In this document: positions 5,988 to 14,043 of the stretch, in pieces | Layout: each line of letters opens with the position of its first letter | Position numbering within the stretch: the stretch's first letter is position 1 | DNA from: a virus | DNA length: 36,974 nt | Strand: one strand, 5' to 3' | IMG/VR virus record: IMGVR_UViG_3300045988_122510 | Span: 1 to 36,974 of that record | Translations under genes and position numbers: made by a program | The notes under the pieces: generated by a model | Database searches by the model: none | What the model was told of the DNA's origin: nothing | Seen by the model: only the letters and a program-made list of their open reading frames with translations

Positions 5988-6545
5988 ATGAAGAGAGAAT
6001 TCTTGAAAGGCTTAGAATTGGAAGATGAAATGATTGATAAGATTATGGCTGAATATGGTAAATCTATATCAAGTGAAAAAGCAAAGATTGATGACTTAAC
6101 ATCTAAATTAGAGGCTAGCAATACTAAGATAGCAGAATACGAAACAAAAGTTACTAATCTTGAAAAAGTTTCAAGTGACAGTGCCAAAGTTCAAGAAGAA
6201 TTAGACAACTTAAAAAAATCAATAGCAGAAAATGAAGCAAAAGCAAAAGCAAAAGCAGAAGATGACGCTTTGACAAAAAATATTACAAGTGCATTTGGAG
6301 ATAAAAAGTTCGTAAATGAATATACAAAAAATGCAATTATAGGCGACATTAAAACTGCTTTAAAGGACAGCAACAATGCTGGAAAATCTGCAAAAGATTT
6401 ATTTGAGGAGTTAACAAAAGACAAGGAAGGAATATTTGACAATCCTAACAAAGGAGTTTCAACTCCGCCAACAGGAGATGTTAATACTGGACTTGCAAAA
6501 GAAAATCACGATAGGGAACTATTGGGATTGGATTTAAAAAAATAA
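5988..6545 (+). CDS. capsid scaffolding protein (GP20-like)
   Basis: N-terminus MKREFLKGLELEDEMIDKIMAEYGKSI, then a charged coiled coil. It lies immediately upstream of the capsid gene. ATG 5988 has better spacing from AAGGAGG than the ATG at 5982. Confidence 0.75.
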   Translation: MKREFLKGLELEDEMIDKIMAEYGKSISSEKAKIDDLTSKLEASNTKIAEYETKVTNLEKVSSDSAKVQEELDNLKKSIAENEAKAKAKAEDDALTKNITSAFGDKKFVNEYTKNAIIGDIKTALKDSNNAGKSAKDLFEELTKDKEGIFDNPNKGVSTPPTGDVNTGLAKENHDRELLGLDLKK

Positions 6546-6566
6546 ATAAGAGAGGAATGATTTTAA

Positions 6567-6835
6567 ATGGCTAACGTAATCGCATTAGCAAAGAAATATA
6601 CTCGTCTTGTTGATGAAAAATATCAAAAAGAGAGTTTAACAAATGATTTAACTAGCCCAGCTTCACTTGCTAGAGAAGGAGCTAACGCAAAAGAAATTCT
6701 TTATAGACAAGTAGGAGTTAGTGGATTAGGAGATTATTCAAGAAATAGTGGTTATACAAATAACAGTGTAACTGTTGAATGGAAAACTGCTACATTTAAT
6801 TATGATAGAGGTACTAAAATTACTCTAGACACGAT
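6567..6835 (+). CDS. major capsid protein, exon 1
   Basis: Abundant-structural-protein style ORF ending ...FNYDRGTKITLDT. The frame hits a stop 6 codons past the proposed 5' splice site. Confidence 0.75.
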
Positions 6836-7616
6836 AAACTTAGTTTGTGCTTAATCTGTCGTGTATAAATCCCTGAATTAAGCTGGAAAGCTAAGTTCAA
6901 TATATGGTATAATATATATAGGTGATAATATGAAATGTATTTGTTCAATTTGTAAAAAAGAATTTGACAGAAAACCTGCTTTAATTAAAAGAGCAAAATA
7001 TCCTGTTTGTTCTAGAGAATGCCAAACAGAATTAAAAAAGAAAAGAAAAATAGTACATTGTGTTATATGTGGAAAAGAATTATTAAGAAGTGATAACAGA
7101 TTAGCAATAAGACCTAATCCAACTTGTTCAAAAGAGTGTAAGGCAAAACTTCAACATAAATTATCATATAATCCAAATATAACCGATGAAGAAAGAGAAC
7201 AAACAAGAAAAAATCAAAAAAATTATGATTTTATTAAAATAGTTTTACAAAGAGATAATTATACTTGCCAATTATGTGGCGAATATGGGCAAAAGTTAGT
7301 TGTTCATCATCTAAATGGATATAATTGGGATAAAGAAAATAGATATAATGTAGACAATGGAATAACATTATGTGAAAAATGCCATAAAGCATTTCATAAA
7401 ATATATAGAAATGGAAATAATACCAAAGAACAATATATTGAATACGCTAATCAGAACCGAAGGCTAGATTAAGTCTAGTCAGGGGCAACGCATAGTAGGT
7501 GAAAAGATATAATCCTACCACGAGGCAGGGACAACTTAAAAGTTGAAAAGATATGCTGAGCTTATAGGAAACTATAAGAAGTAAAAGATAAAAAGCTTTT
7601 ACGATAACAAAAAATG
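6836..7616 (+). mobile_element. group I intron (781 nt) in the major capsid gene
   Basis: P1: exon ACACGAT (6829-6835) pairs with GTCGTGT (6858-6864), with a U-G pair at the splice site. P10: exon 2 GGAT (7617-7620) pairs with ATCT (6854-6857). The intron ends in G. Exon lengths 269+613 = 882 nt, in frame. Confidence 0.75.
6930..7472 (+). CDS. intron-encoded HNH homing endonuclease
   Basis: HNH core CQLCGEYGQKLVVHHLNGYNWDKENRYNVDNGITLCEKCHKAFH. Two N-terminal CxxC...C zinc-ribbon repeats. It has its own TGgTATAAT (6905-6913) and an SD. Confidence 0.85.
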   Translation: MKCICSICKKEFDRKPALIKRAKYPVCSRECQTELKKKRKIVHCVICGKELLRSDNRLAIRPNPTCSKECKAKLQHKLSYNPNITDEEREQTRKNQKNYDFIKIVLQRDNYTCQLCGEYGQKLVVHHLNGYNWDKENRYNVDNGITLCEKCHKAFHKIYRNGNNTKEQYIEYANQNRRLD

Positions 7617-8229
7617 GGATAATGAAGAAACAATGGGAGATACTTATTTAATCGCTCAAAATTCATTACAAACTTATCAAGTAGCACCAGAAGGAGACGC
7701 ATTCACATTTGCTACAATCGCTAGCAAAGCTGGTATTTCTGTATCAGCAGAAGATGGTGAAACATTCGCAGATGGAGAAGCATTCTTAACAGCATTATTA
7801 AAAGGTGTTACAAAAATGGACGAAGACCAAGTTCCAGCAGAAAATAGAATATTATATGCTACACCAACATTATTAAATAGTGTTATGGCATTAGATACTA
7901 CTAAATCAAGAGAAGTATTAGGAAAATTTGCAAAGACTGTTGCAATTCCACAAACTCGTTTCTATACTAAAATTGACTTATTAGATGGAACATCAAGTAA
8001 TGAAGAAATGGGTGGATTTAAGAAAGATGTTGCTGGTAAAGATATTAACTTTATGATTATTCACAAACCAGCTGTTATCAAATTTGATAAACATGTTGTA
8101 TCAGACGCAATTCCACCAGAATTAAATGCAGACGCTGACGCATATATCTCTAAATATAGAAAATATGGTTTAGTTGATGTATTTAACAACAAAACTGCTG
8201 GTATCTATATTTCATACAAAGCAGCATAA
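7617..8229 (+). CDS. major capsid protein, exon 2
   Basis: The frame is open from 7585. Splicing creates ...DRGTKITLDT-M-DNEETMGDTYLIAQ... The composite protein is 293 aa. Confidence 0.75.
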
Positions 8230-8242
8230 GGAGGTGTTATAA

Positions 8243-8362
8243 ATGCGAGTAGTAGGAATGGAACATAAGCCTATGAAGAAGGTTGAAGCACCTAAAAAAG
8301 AAGAAATAAAAGAAGTAAAGAAGGTCGAAGAACCTAAGAAATCTTTTAAAAAAGAAGATTAA
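8243..8362 (+). CDS. small Lys/Glu-rich protein (39 aa), not in the ORF track
   Basis: SD AAGGAGGTG upstream. Translation is MRVVGMEHKPMKKVEAPKKEEIKEVKKVEEPKKSFKKED, with an internal KKVE-PKK duplication. Confidence 0.45.
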   Translation: MRVVGMEHKPMKKVEAPKKEEIKEVKKVEEPKKSFKKED

Positions 8363-8380
8363 TGAAAAGGAGGCATTTTA

Positions 8381-8776
8381 ATGGAGTTTAAAGGACAATA
8401 TCTAACTTATCAAGAGTATCTTGCTCTAGGTGGAACTCTTGATGAAATGCCTTTTAATTTATTAGAATTTAATGCTAGAAAAAAAATTGATGAAAGAACC
8501 TTTGGAAGATTAGTTGACAAAGGACAAGAATATAAAGAAGTTAAATTGTGTATTTATAATACGATTATAACTTTAAATAGTTATAGTTCGTATGATACAC
8601 AAAATAAGGCTATTTCAAGTGAAAGCACCGATGGTTATAGTATTTCATACGGAACACCTCAAAAGTCTACTACAGAGGCTAAAAATAGTGAATTAGAAAG
8701 TATTATTGACACATATTTATCTAATCTTATTCTCGATGATGTCCCTGTATTATATAGAGGTGCAGATGTTAGTTAA
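8381..8776 (+). CDS. head-tail connector / adaptor protein (by position)
   Basis: 131-aa ORF with a strong SD. It is the first gene after the capsid gene. The call is positional. Confidence 0.5.
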   Translation: MEFKGQYLTYQEYLALGGTLDEMPFNLLEFNARKKIDERTFGRLVDKGQEYKEVKLCIYNTIITLNSYSSYDTQNKAISSESTDGYSISYGTPQKSTTEAKNSELESIIDTYLSNLILDDVPVLYRGADVS

Positions 8777-9113
8777 TTCAAGCTTAACTGTGTATCATAA
8801 AGTTGAAATAGACCACGATTATAAATGGGTTAGATATTTCTATGAAAATATATGGTGGTTTGGTGGTAAGGGAACAAGTACAAACAAAGGTTATGAAAAT
8901 GCGAACGATGTTCAAATTAGAATATATTATGACTTGAACCCTAGCCTAGACTACAACAATTTTGGAATAGGTGACATTTTAGTTCAAGGTGAATATGAGG
9001 ATATTGTTAGTGAGAATGATTTAAAAGATTTAAACATTCCATATTACAATATTACTTCTTTAAATAATAATGTATTTGGCAACAACAAGCATATTCATAT
9101 AAGTGGTAAGTAA
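8766..9113 (+). CDS. head closure / head-tail joining protein (by position)
   Basis: ATG 8766 is preceded by AGAGGTG. The track start at 8706 would overlap the upstream gene by 71 nt. Confidence 0.5.
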   Translation: MLVNSSLTVYHKVEIDHDYKWVRYFYENIWWFGGKGTSTNKGYENANDVQIRIYYDLNPSLDYNNFGIGDILVQGEYEDIVSENDLKDLNIPYYNITSLNNNVFGNNKHIHISGK

Positions 9114-9457
9114 TGCCAGTAAAAATGAAACCTACAAGTGTTATAAAGGCTAACTTAGGCATAGAACCTAACGGAAGAGTTCAAAAATTCTTTACGAATA
9201 CTTGTTATAGGTATATGGAAAAATATGTTCCTAAAGATACGGGAGCACTAAGAGAAACTGTTACTATTGATAGTAACAGCATTACTTATGAACAACCTTA
9301 TGCTCATGCTCAATATATTGGTGAAGTAAATGGTGGAAAAGTTACTAATTATACAACACCAGGCACAGGACCTTATTGGGACGAAAGAATGAAAAGTGCT
9401 GATATGCAAAATGTTACTGCAGAAGTACAAAACTTTGTTAATAAAGGAGGCAAATAA
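9113..9457 (+). CDS. tail completion / HK97 gp10-like minor structural protein
   Basis: 114 aa, with YAHAQYIGE...GTGPYWDERM typical of this small neck-protein family. TAATG coupling. Confidence 0.5.
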   Translation: MPVKMKPTSVIKANLGIEPNGRVQKFFTNTCYRYMEKYVPKDTGALRETVTIDSNSITYEQPYAHAQYIGEVNGGKVTNYTTPGTGPYWDERMKSADMQNVTAEVQNFVNKGGK

Positions 9458-9900
9458 TGATTATTGATATTGAAAACACAAGAATTGCTAAACTTGGCAA
9501 GTATTTAGAACCTATACTTGAAGAATTAAATAGCGAGTATAAAAAAATAAATGCCGATTTTTTAGGAATAGATGTTAATAATTATTCACTTGATAAAATA
9601 CCAACTGCTAGTGTTGTAGAAAAATGGCCTCTTATAAAAGTGAATGTTTGTAAAGATGTATATTCATTTAGAAGTAGAAATCCATATTCTAGCGACCGAT
9701 TAAGTAATCTTAAAAACATAGGTTTTTTTGAAGCATTTCAAAAAGCAATAAATTCTAATAATGATGATGGCATTTTGCCTGAAATTGATAACATAGAAAG
9801 TATTGAATGCTTAAATCCAGGAACTTTTAATTATGCTGACGAAAGCATGAAAACTGCTGTGTTTGATATTCAATTACAAATAATTTATAGGGAGGATTAA
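9457..9900 (+). CDS. neck / tail terminator-like structural protein (by position)
   Basis: 147-aa ORF with SD AAAGGAGG and a TAATG overlap. Confidence 0.45.
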   Translation: MIIDIENTRIAKLGKYLEPILEELNSEYKKINADFLGIDVNNYSLDKIPTASVVEKWPLIKVNVCKDVYSFRSRNPYSSDRLSNLKNIGFFEAFQKAINSNNDDGILPEIDNIESIECLNPGTFNYADESMKTAVFDIQLQIIYRED

Positions 9901-9901
9901 A

Positions 9902-10102
9902 ATGAAACCAATAAAAGCAAAAGTATTATTTTCATATAAAGGAATTTGGTATGAAGCTGGTGATGAAGTTAAGGTTGAAACTAGAGAAGATTTGGTTAAA
10001 CTTAATGAAAAAGGTTTTATTGAGCCTCTTACATTTAAAGATATTCAAAATTTTGGTAGAAAAGAAGAACCAAAGAAAATTTTTAGAAAAGAGGAGGAAT
10101 AA
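9902..10102 (+). CDS. hypothetical small structural-module protein
   Basis: 66-aa ORF with SD GGGAGG. Confidence 0.5.
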   Translation: MKPIKAKVLFSYKGIWYEAGDEVKVETREDLVKLNEKGFIEPLTFKDIQNFGRKEEPKKIFRKEEE

Positions 10103-10105
10103 AAT

Positions 10106-10600
10106 ATGGCATTAGTACCAAGTGGAATTACTAAAGTTGACAGAAGCCAATGGTTAACTTATTTAGATACAACTCCGACAACTGACACACCAAATTGGGC
10201 TATACTTGGTGTAGGTATTACTGAATTTGCTATTGCATATAATCCACAAGTAGATACTGAAAAATGGATTATAGAAGATAATGCAAGAAACGACCATACT
10301 TCTAACCAAAAACAAGGTAGTGTATCACAAAAAATTTACAAAGGCGACCCATGTTTTGAATTTGCTCACAAAGGTTGCGATAAATTAAATTATACTACAC
10401 ATATACTTGAAATTGACCGTTGGAACGGAACAACAGAAGGCAAATATCCTGCTAAAATGAGTGATGGCATGATAGCAATTACTCAAAAAGGTGGAGATAA
10501 TGCAGTATTAGAATATGATTTATATTTTAATGGTGAACCAACAGAAGGAGAAGTAACATTTACTGAAGATGTTCCAACATTTGCTCCAAAAGTAGGATAA
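10106..10600 (+). CDS. major tail (tube) protein
   Basis: 164 aa, lying upstream of the chaperone pair and tape measure. Strong SD GAGGAGG, followed by a terminator. Sequence style WLTYLDTTPTT...WAILGVGITEF. Confidence 0.7.
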   Translation: MALVPSGITKVDRSQWLTYLDTTPTTDTPNWAILGVGITEFAIAYNPQVDTEKWIIEDNARNDHTSNQKQGSVSQKIYKGDPCFEFAHKGCDKLNYTTHILEIDRWNGTTEGKYPAKMSDGMIAITQKGGDNAVLEYDLYFNGEPTEGEVTFTEDVPTFAPKVG

Positions 10601-10610
10601 TAAGACCTTT

Positions 10611-10645
10611 AAGGGTGGGAGGTAAACTCTCATCCTTTATTTATA
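10611..10645 (+). terminator. intrinsic terminator / attenuator after the tail tube gene
   Basis: AAGGGTGGGAG-gtaaa-CTCTCATCCTT gives an 11-bp stem, followed by a T-rich tract. Confidence 0.6.
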
Positions 10646-10676
10646 TTTTAAATTAAAAAAGAAAGAGGAATTAAGT

Positions 10677-11171
10677 ATGACAGACAATACAGTTCAAAAA
10701 ATAGGATTAAAAAATGAAAATATATTAAAATTAGAAATAGTTGATGAAAAGGGAAATAGTACAGGAGAATTTTTGGAGTTCGATTTGGAAAATATTGAAT
10801 TGCCTTTTAAATATCAAGAGATAATTGAAAGATTAAAAAAAAGTAGAAATAACCTTAAAAATCAATTTACTATAATTGAAAAAAAACAAGACCATAAAGG
10901 CAAGAAATTAATGAGTTCAAATGAAGAAGAAAAGTTAAAAGCACTTAACAATTTTTATAAAGAACAAGTTGAAATATATAATATATTCTTGGGCGAAAAT
11001 GGAGTTCAAAAGTTATTAAATGGTAGAAAGTTGAGATGGACAACTTTAAGTGAAATTGATGAACTTATAGAAAAACAAATTGCTCCACAATTGGATTTAA
11101 CTATGGCAGACATTACTAAAAAGATAAAATCAAAGTATTCAAACAAGAAAGAAGATAATGTACTTGAATAA
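10677..11171 (+). CDS. tail assembly chaperone (by position)
   Basis: 164-aa acidic ORF between the tail tube and tape measure genes. Confidence 0.55.
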   Translation: MTDNTVQKIGLKNENILKLEIVDEKGNSTGEFLEFDLENIELPFKYQEIIERLKKSRNNLKNQFTIIEKKQDHKGKKLMSSNEEEKLKALNNFYKEQVEIYNIFLGENGVQKLLNGRKLRWTTLSEIDELIEKQIAPQLDLTMADITKKIKSKYSNKKEDNVLE

Positions 11172-11757
11172 TCCAGAATATGTAAAAATTGGCGATAAAA
11201 AATATAAGATTAATACCGATTTTAGAGTTGCTATTGAGTGCAATAATATAGCACAAGATGATAGCATAGGGAATACAGAAAGACCTTTAGCAATTATTTA
11301 TAAGTTGTTTGGAGATGAGGGATTAGATAATTCACAAGACTGGGATAAACTTCTTGAATTAGCAATAAAATATCTAACATTAAATAAAGATACAAGCGTT
11401 GTTGATAATAATACCGAAATTGATATGGATTTTAACGAGGATATGGACTATATAGAGGCTAGTTTTATGAGTGATTATAGAATAGACCTTACAACTGAAA
11501 AAATGCATTGGTGGAAGTTTTATAACCTTTTAGAAGGCTTATCAAATAGTGAAATTGGTAATTGTTGTGTGTTAAATAGAGTTAGAAATTTAAGAACTTT
11601 TGATTTATCACAAATAAAAGATAGTAAAGAGCGAGAAAAATTAGCAAAAGCACAGGAAATGGTGGCTTTAAAAAGTGTTAAAAGAGAAGTTGAGCTTACT
11701 AAAGAACAGGAAGAAAGTATGAATAAATTAGATGAACTCATTGGTTTTAAAAAATAA
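11158..11757 (+). CDS. Gp15-like tail assembly protein
   Basis: N-terminus IGDKKYKINTDFRVAIECNNI is typical of the Firmicute phage Gp15 family. It lies directly upstream of the tape measure gene. Confidence 0.6.
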   Translation: MYLNNPEYVKIGDKKYKINTDFRVAIECNNIAQDDSIGNTERPLAIIYKLFGDEGLDNSQDWDKLLELAIKYLTLNKDTSVVDNNTEIDMDFNEDMDYIEASFMSDYRIDLTTEKMHWWKFYNLLEGLSNSEIGNCCVLNRVRNLRTFDLSQIKDSKEREKLAKAQEMVALKSVKREVELTKEQEESMNKLDELIGFKK

Positions 11758-11769
11758 GGAGGTGATTCT

Positions 11770-13653
11770 ATGGATGGAAAAGTTGTAATTGGCTGTGATT
11801 TAGACACACGAAGCTTTGATGCACAAATAGATTATGTTGAAAATCAAATGTTAGAAATTGAAGATAAATTAAAACAAGCAGATATGGGTTTTGAAGTTGG
11901 AGATGTCCAAAAATTAGAGGCTGATTATGAAAAATTAGGAATAAAACTTGATAATTTGCGAAAAAAACAAGCAAAATTAAACCAAGAACAAGCCAACATG
12001 GGAAAACTTGATTTGAGTAATGTTCAAACAGGGATAAACAATACGAATAGTGGATTAACTAAAACCATAAAAAAAGTAACAAGATGGAGCTTAGCAATAT
12101 TTGGGGTTCGTTCTGCTTATATGGCTGTTAGAAGTGCAATGGGTATTATTACACAATATGATGATAAATTGGCTTCAAATGTTGAATATATAAAATATGC
12201 ACTGGCATATACATTAAAACCAGTTATAGAATGGATTTTAAATGCTGTTGTTAAATTGTTACAATATATTAATTATATAGCAAAAGCATGGACTGGCAAG
12301 AACTTATTTAAAACTGCAGACGCTTTCAAAAATGCTCAAAAGGGTGCTAAAGATTTGAATAAAGAATTGCAAAAAACTACTGCCAGTTTTGATGAAATGA
12401 ATGTTTTACAAGACAATAAAAGTGGTGGTGGTAATAGTGGTGCTTCAACACCTAGTATTGATTTAACTGAATTACCAGAAGGAGATGTTCCGAAATGGGT
12501 TGAAGGCATAAAAGATTTCGGATTATGGGTTAAAAAAAATTGGAAAGTTATTCTTGGCATTTTGTTAGGCATTGGTGCTGTAATATTATTGTTTGAATTA
12601 TTTAGTAAAACAACAAAAAAAATGACACCTTCGATAATAGAAGGAGCTAATGCGTTTTTGAAATTTGCTGGAATTGCTTTGATTTTAGGAGCTTTTGCAT
12701 TAATATTGCATGAAGTGGCAAATTTAATTGAAAAGTTTGGGAAAAGTGGTTTAAAATTAACTGATGTTATTGGATTAATGGCAACTGTTTTGGGAACTGT
12801 TATTGGATTAATGGCTTCTGTTGCACTGCTAGGACCTGCAATGACTGCTGGAATGATACCATTTTTAGCAATTATTGGAGGAGTATCAGCAATTTTACTT
12901 ATTATGGCTGCAACATTACCAACAATATTAGATGCAGTTGGCAAATTTATACAGCAAACAGCACCAAGTTTAAATAAGACTTTACAAACTATTGGAATTT
13001 TAATACAAAATATAATATTAGCATTGGGAACAACTTTACCACCTATCATTAATAGTGTTGGCAATTTATGTTCGAAAGTGTTTAATGGCATATCAAAAAT
13101 AATAAATACTGTTGGTATTATCATTATAAACATAATGAGAGAAACTTCAAGATTGGTTAGCAGTGTTTTGAGCACATTATTGCGTTTTATAAATCAACTT
13201 GGACCTGCAATAAATAATTTCGTTGATGGTGCAATTAGAGCAGTTACAAAATTAATTAATTTTGTGGTTAGTGGCATTGAATATTTGATAAATTTAGTAA
13301 TAGTAAACCCTATAAATAATTTAATAAAGACAATAAACAAAATACCAGGTGTAAAAATAGAACTTATGAGAAAGGCAAATGTTCCTAGATTTAGGCCAAG
13401 ACTTGCACGTGGTGGAATTATTAATCAGCCTGGCAGAGGAGTTCCAGTAGGCTATGGACAAGCAGTAGGTGGCGAAAGAGGGCAAGAGGGAGTATTACCT
13501 TTAACAGATAGCCAACAAATGGAATTACTAGGACAGTCAATTGGAAAGTATGTCAGTATTAACTTAACTAACATAACAAAATTAGATAATAGGCAAATTG
13601 CGAAAGAGCAAAGAAAAATTAATGCACAAAATGACTTCGCATTTAATAGGTAG
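11770..13653 (+). CDS. tail tape measure protein
   Basis: 627 aa: an N-terminal coiled coil, a long hydrophobic central region, and a C-terminal GGIINQPGRGVPVGYG...GVLPLTDSQ block. The position is canonical. Confidence 0.85.
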   Translation: MDGKVVIGCDLDTRSFDAQIDYVENQMLEIEDKLKQADMGFEVGDVQKLEADYEKLGIKLDNLRKKQAKLNQEQANMGKLDLSNVQTGINNTNSGLTKTIKKVTRWSLAIFGVRSAYMAVRSAMGIITQYDDKLASNVEYIKYALAYTLKPVIEWILNAVVKLLQYINYIAKAWTGKNLFKTADAFKNAQKGAKDLNKELQKTTASFDEMNVLQDNKSGGGNSGASTPSIDLTELPEGDVPKWVEGIKDFGLWVKKNWKVILGILLGIGAVILLFELFSKTTKKMTPSIIEGANAFLKFAGIALILGAFALILHEVANLIEKFGKSGLKLTDVIGLMATVLGTVIGLMASVALLGPAMTAGMIPFLAIIGGVSAILLIMAATLPTILDAVGKFIQQTAPSLNKTLQTIGILIQNIILALGTTLPPIINSVGNLCSKVFNGISKIINTVGIIIINIMRETSRLVSSVLSTLLRFINQLGPAINNFVDGAIRAVTKLINFVVSGIEYLINLVIVNPINNLIKTINKIPGVKIELMRKANVPRFRPRLARGGIINQPGRGVPVGYGQAVGGERGQEGVLPLTDSQQMELLGQSIGKYVSINLTNITKLDNRQIAKEQRKINAQNDFAFNR

Positions 13654-13661
13654 GTGATAAA

Positions 13662-14042
13662 GTGTTTATAAACAAAGATAGTTTGATAGTAAATGGCATT
13701 AATCTTGGTAGATATATAGTTCAAGCCACTTATAGTTATAATAAATTATGGTCAAGTGATTCGGGTAGAAATTTAGCAGGAGAACAATCTGGTACACTTG
13801 TCGGAATATTCCCTAAAATAGTAGTTCAGTTTAGAAAATTAACACAAACAGAGCTAGAAGACTTAGCACCAGTTCTTGACAGTGCAAGACAAACAGTGCA
13901 ATATTATGACGCTAATAAAAAGGCAATGACAACGATGACTACATATACTGGCGATTATGAAATTGTTAATAAGGGGATTATTGGGCACGTTAAAAACGAA
14001 GGCTTCCAAATTTCCTTTATAGCAACAAAAAGGAGGTCTTAA
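13662..14042 (+). CDS. distal tail protein-like component (short)
   Basis: GTG start after AGGTAGGTGA. 126 aa. First gene after the tape measure. Confidence 0.5.
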   Translation: MFINKDSLIVNGINLGRYIVQATYSYNKLWSSDSGRNLAGEQSGTLVGIFPKIVVQFRKLTQTELEDLAPVLDSARQTVQYYDANKKAMTTMTTYTGDYEIVNKGIIGHVKNEGFQISFIATKRRS

Positions 14043-14043
14043 T

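Noticed and set aside
8706-8765. The track start at 8706 for the head-closure gene.
   Set aside because: It would overlap the upstream gene by 71 nt and has no SD. The in-frame ATG 8766 is preceded by AGAGGTG at proper spacing.
10677-11757. A programmed -1 frameshift joining the two tail-chaperone ORFs, as in the G/GT chaperones of many siphoviruses.
   Set aside because: The downstream ORF is in the +1 frame relative to the upstream one, not -1. I found no XXXYYYZ slippery heptamer in the 14-nt overlap or just upstream; CTAAAAAG at 11116-11123 is not in the right register. The second ORF also has its own ATG. Recoding cannot be excluded without data, so it is not claimed.
12336-13175. A 279-aa ORF on the minus strand.
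   Set aside because: It lies entirely antisense to the tape measure gene and has no SD. Its translation is low-complexity and hydrophobic, a mirror of the TMP hydrophobic core. Long shadow ORFs are expected in AT-rich sequence with a biased coding strand. The same reasoning applies to the other minus-strand ORFs in the track (for example 94-495, 499-762, 5909-6187, 6191-6451, 11520-11974, 19949-20239, 25048-25341, 26727-27041, 28973-29224, 29408-29662, 32348-32632 and 35870-36169).
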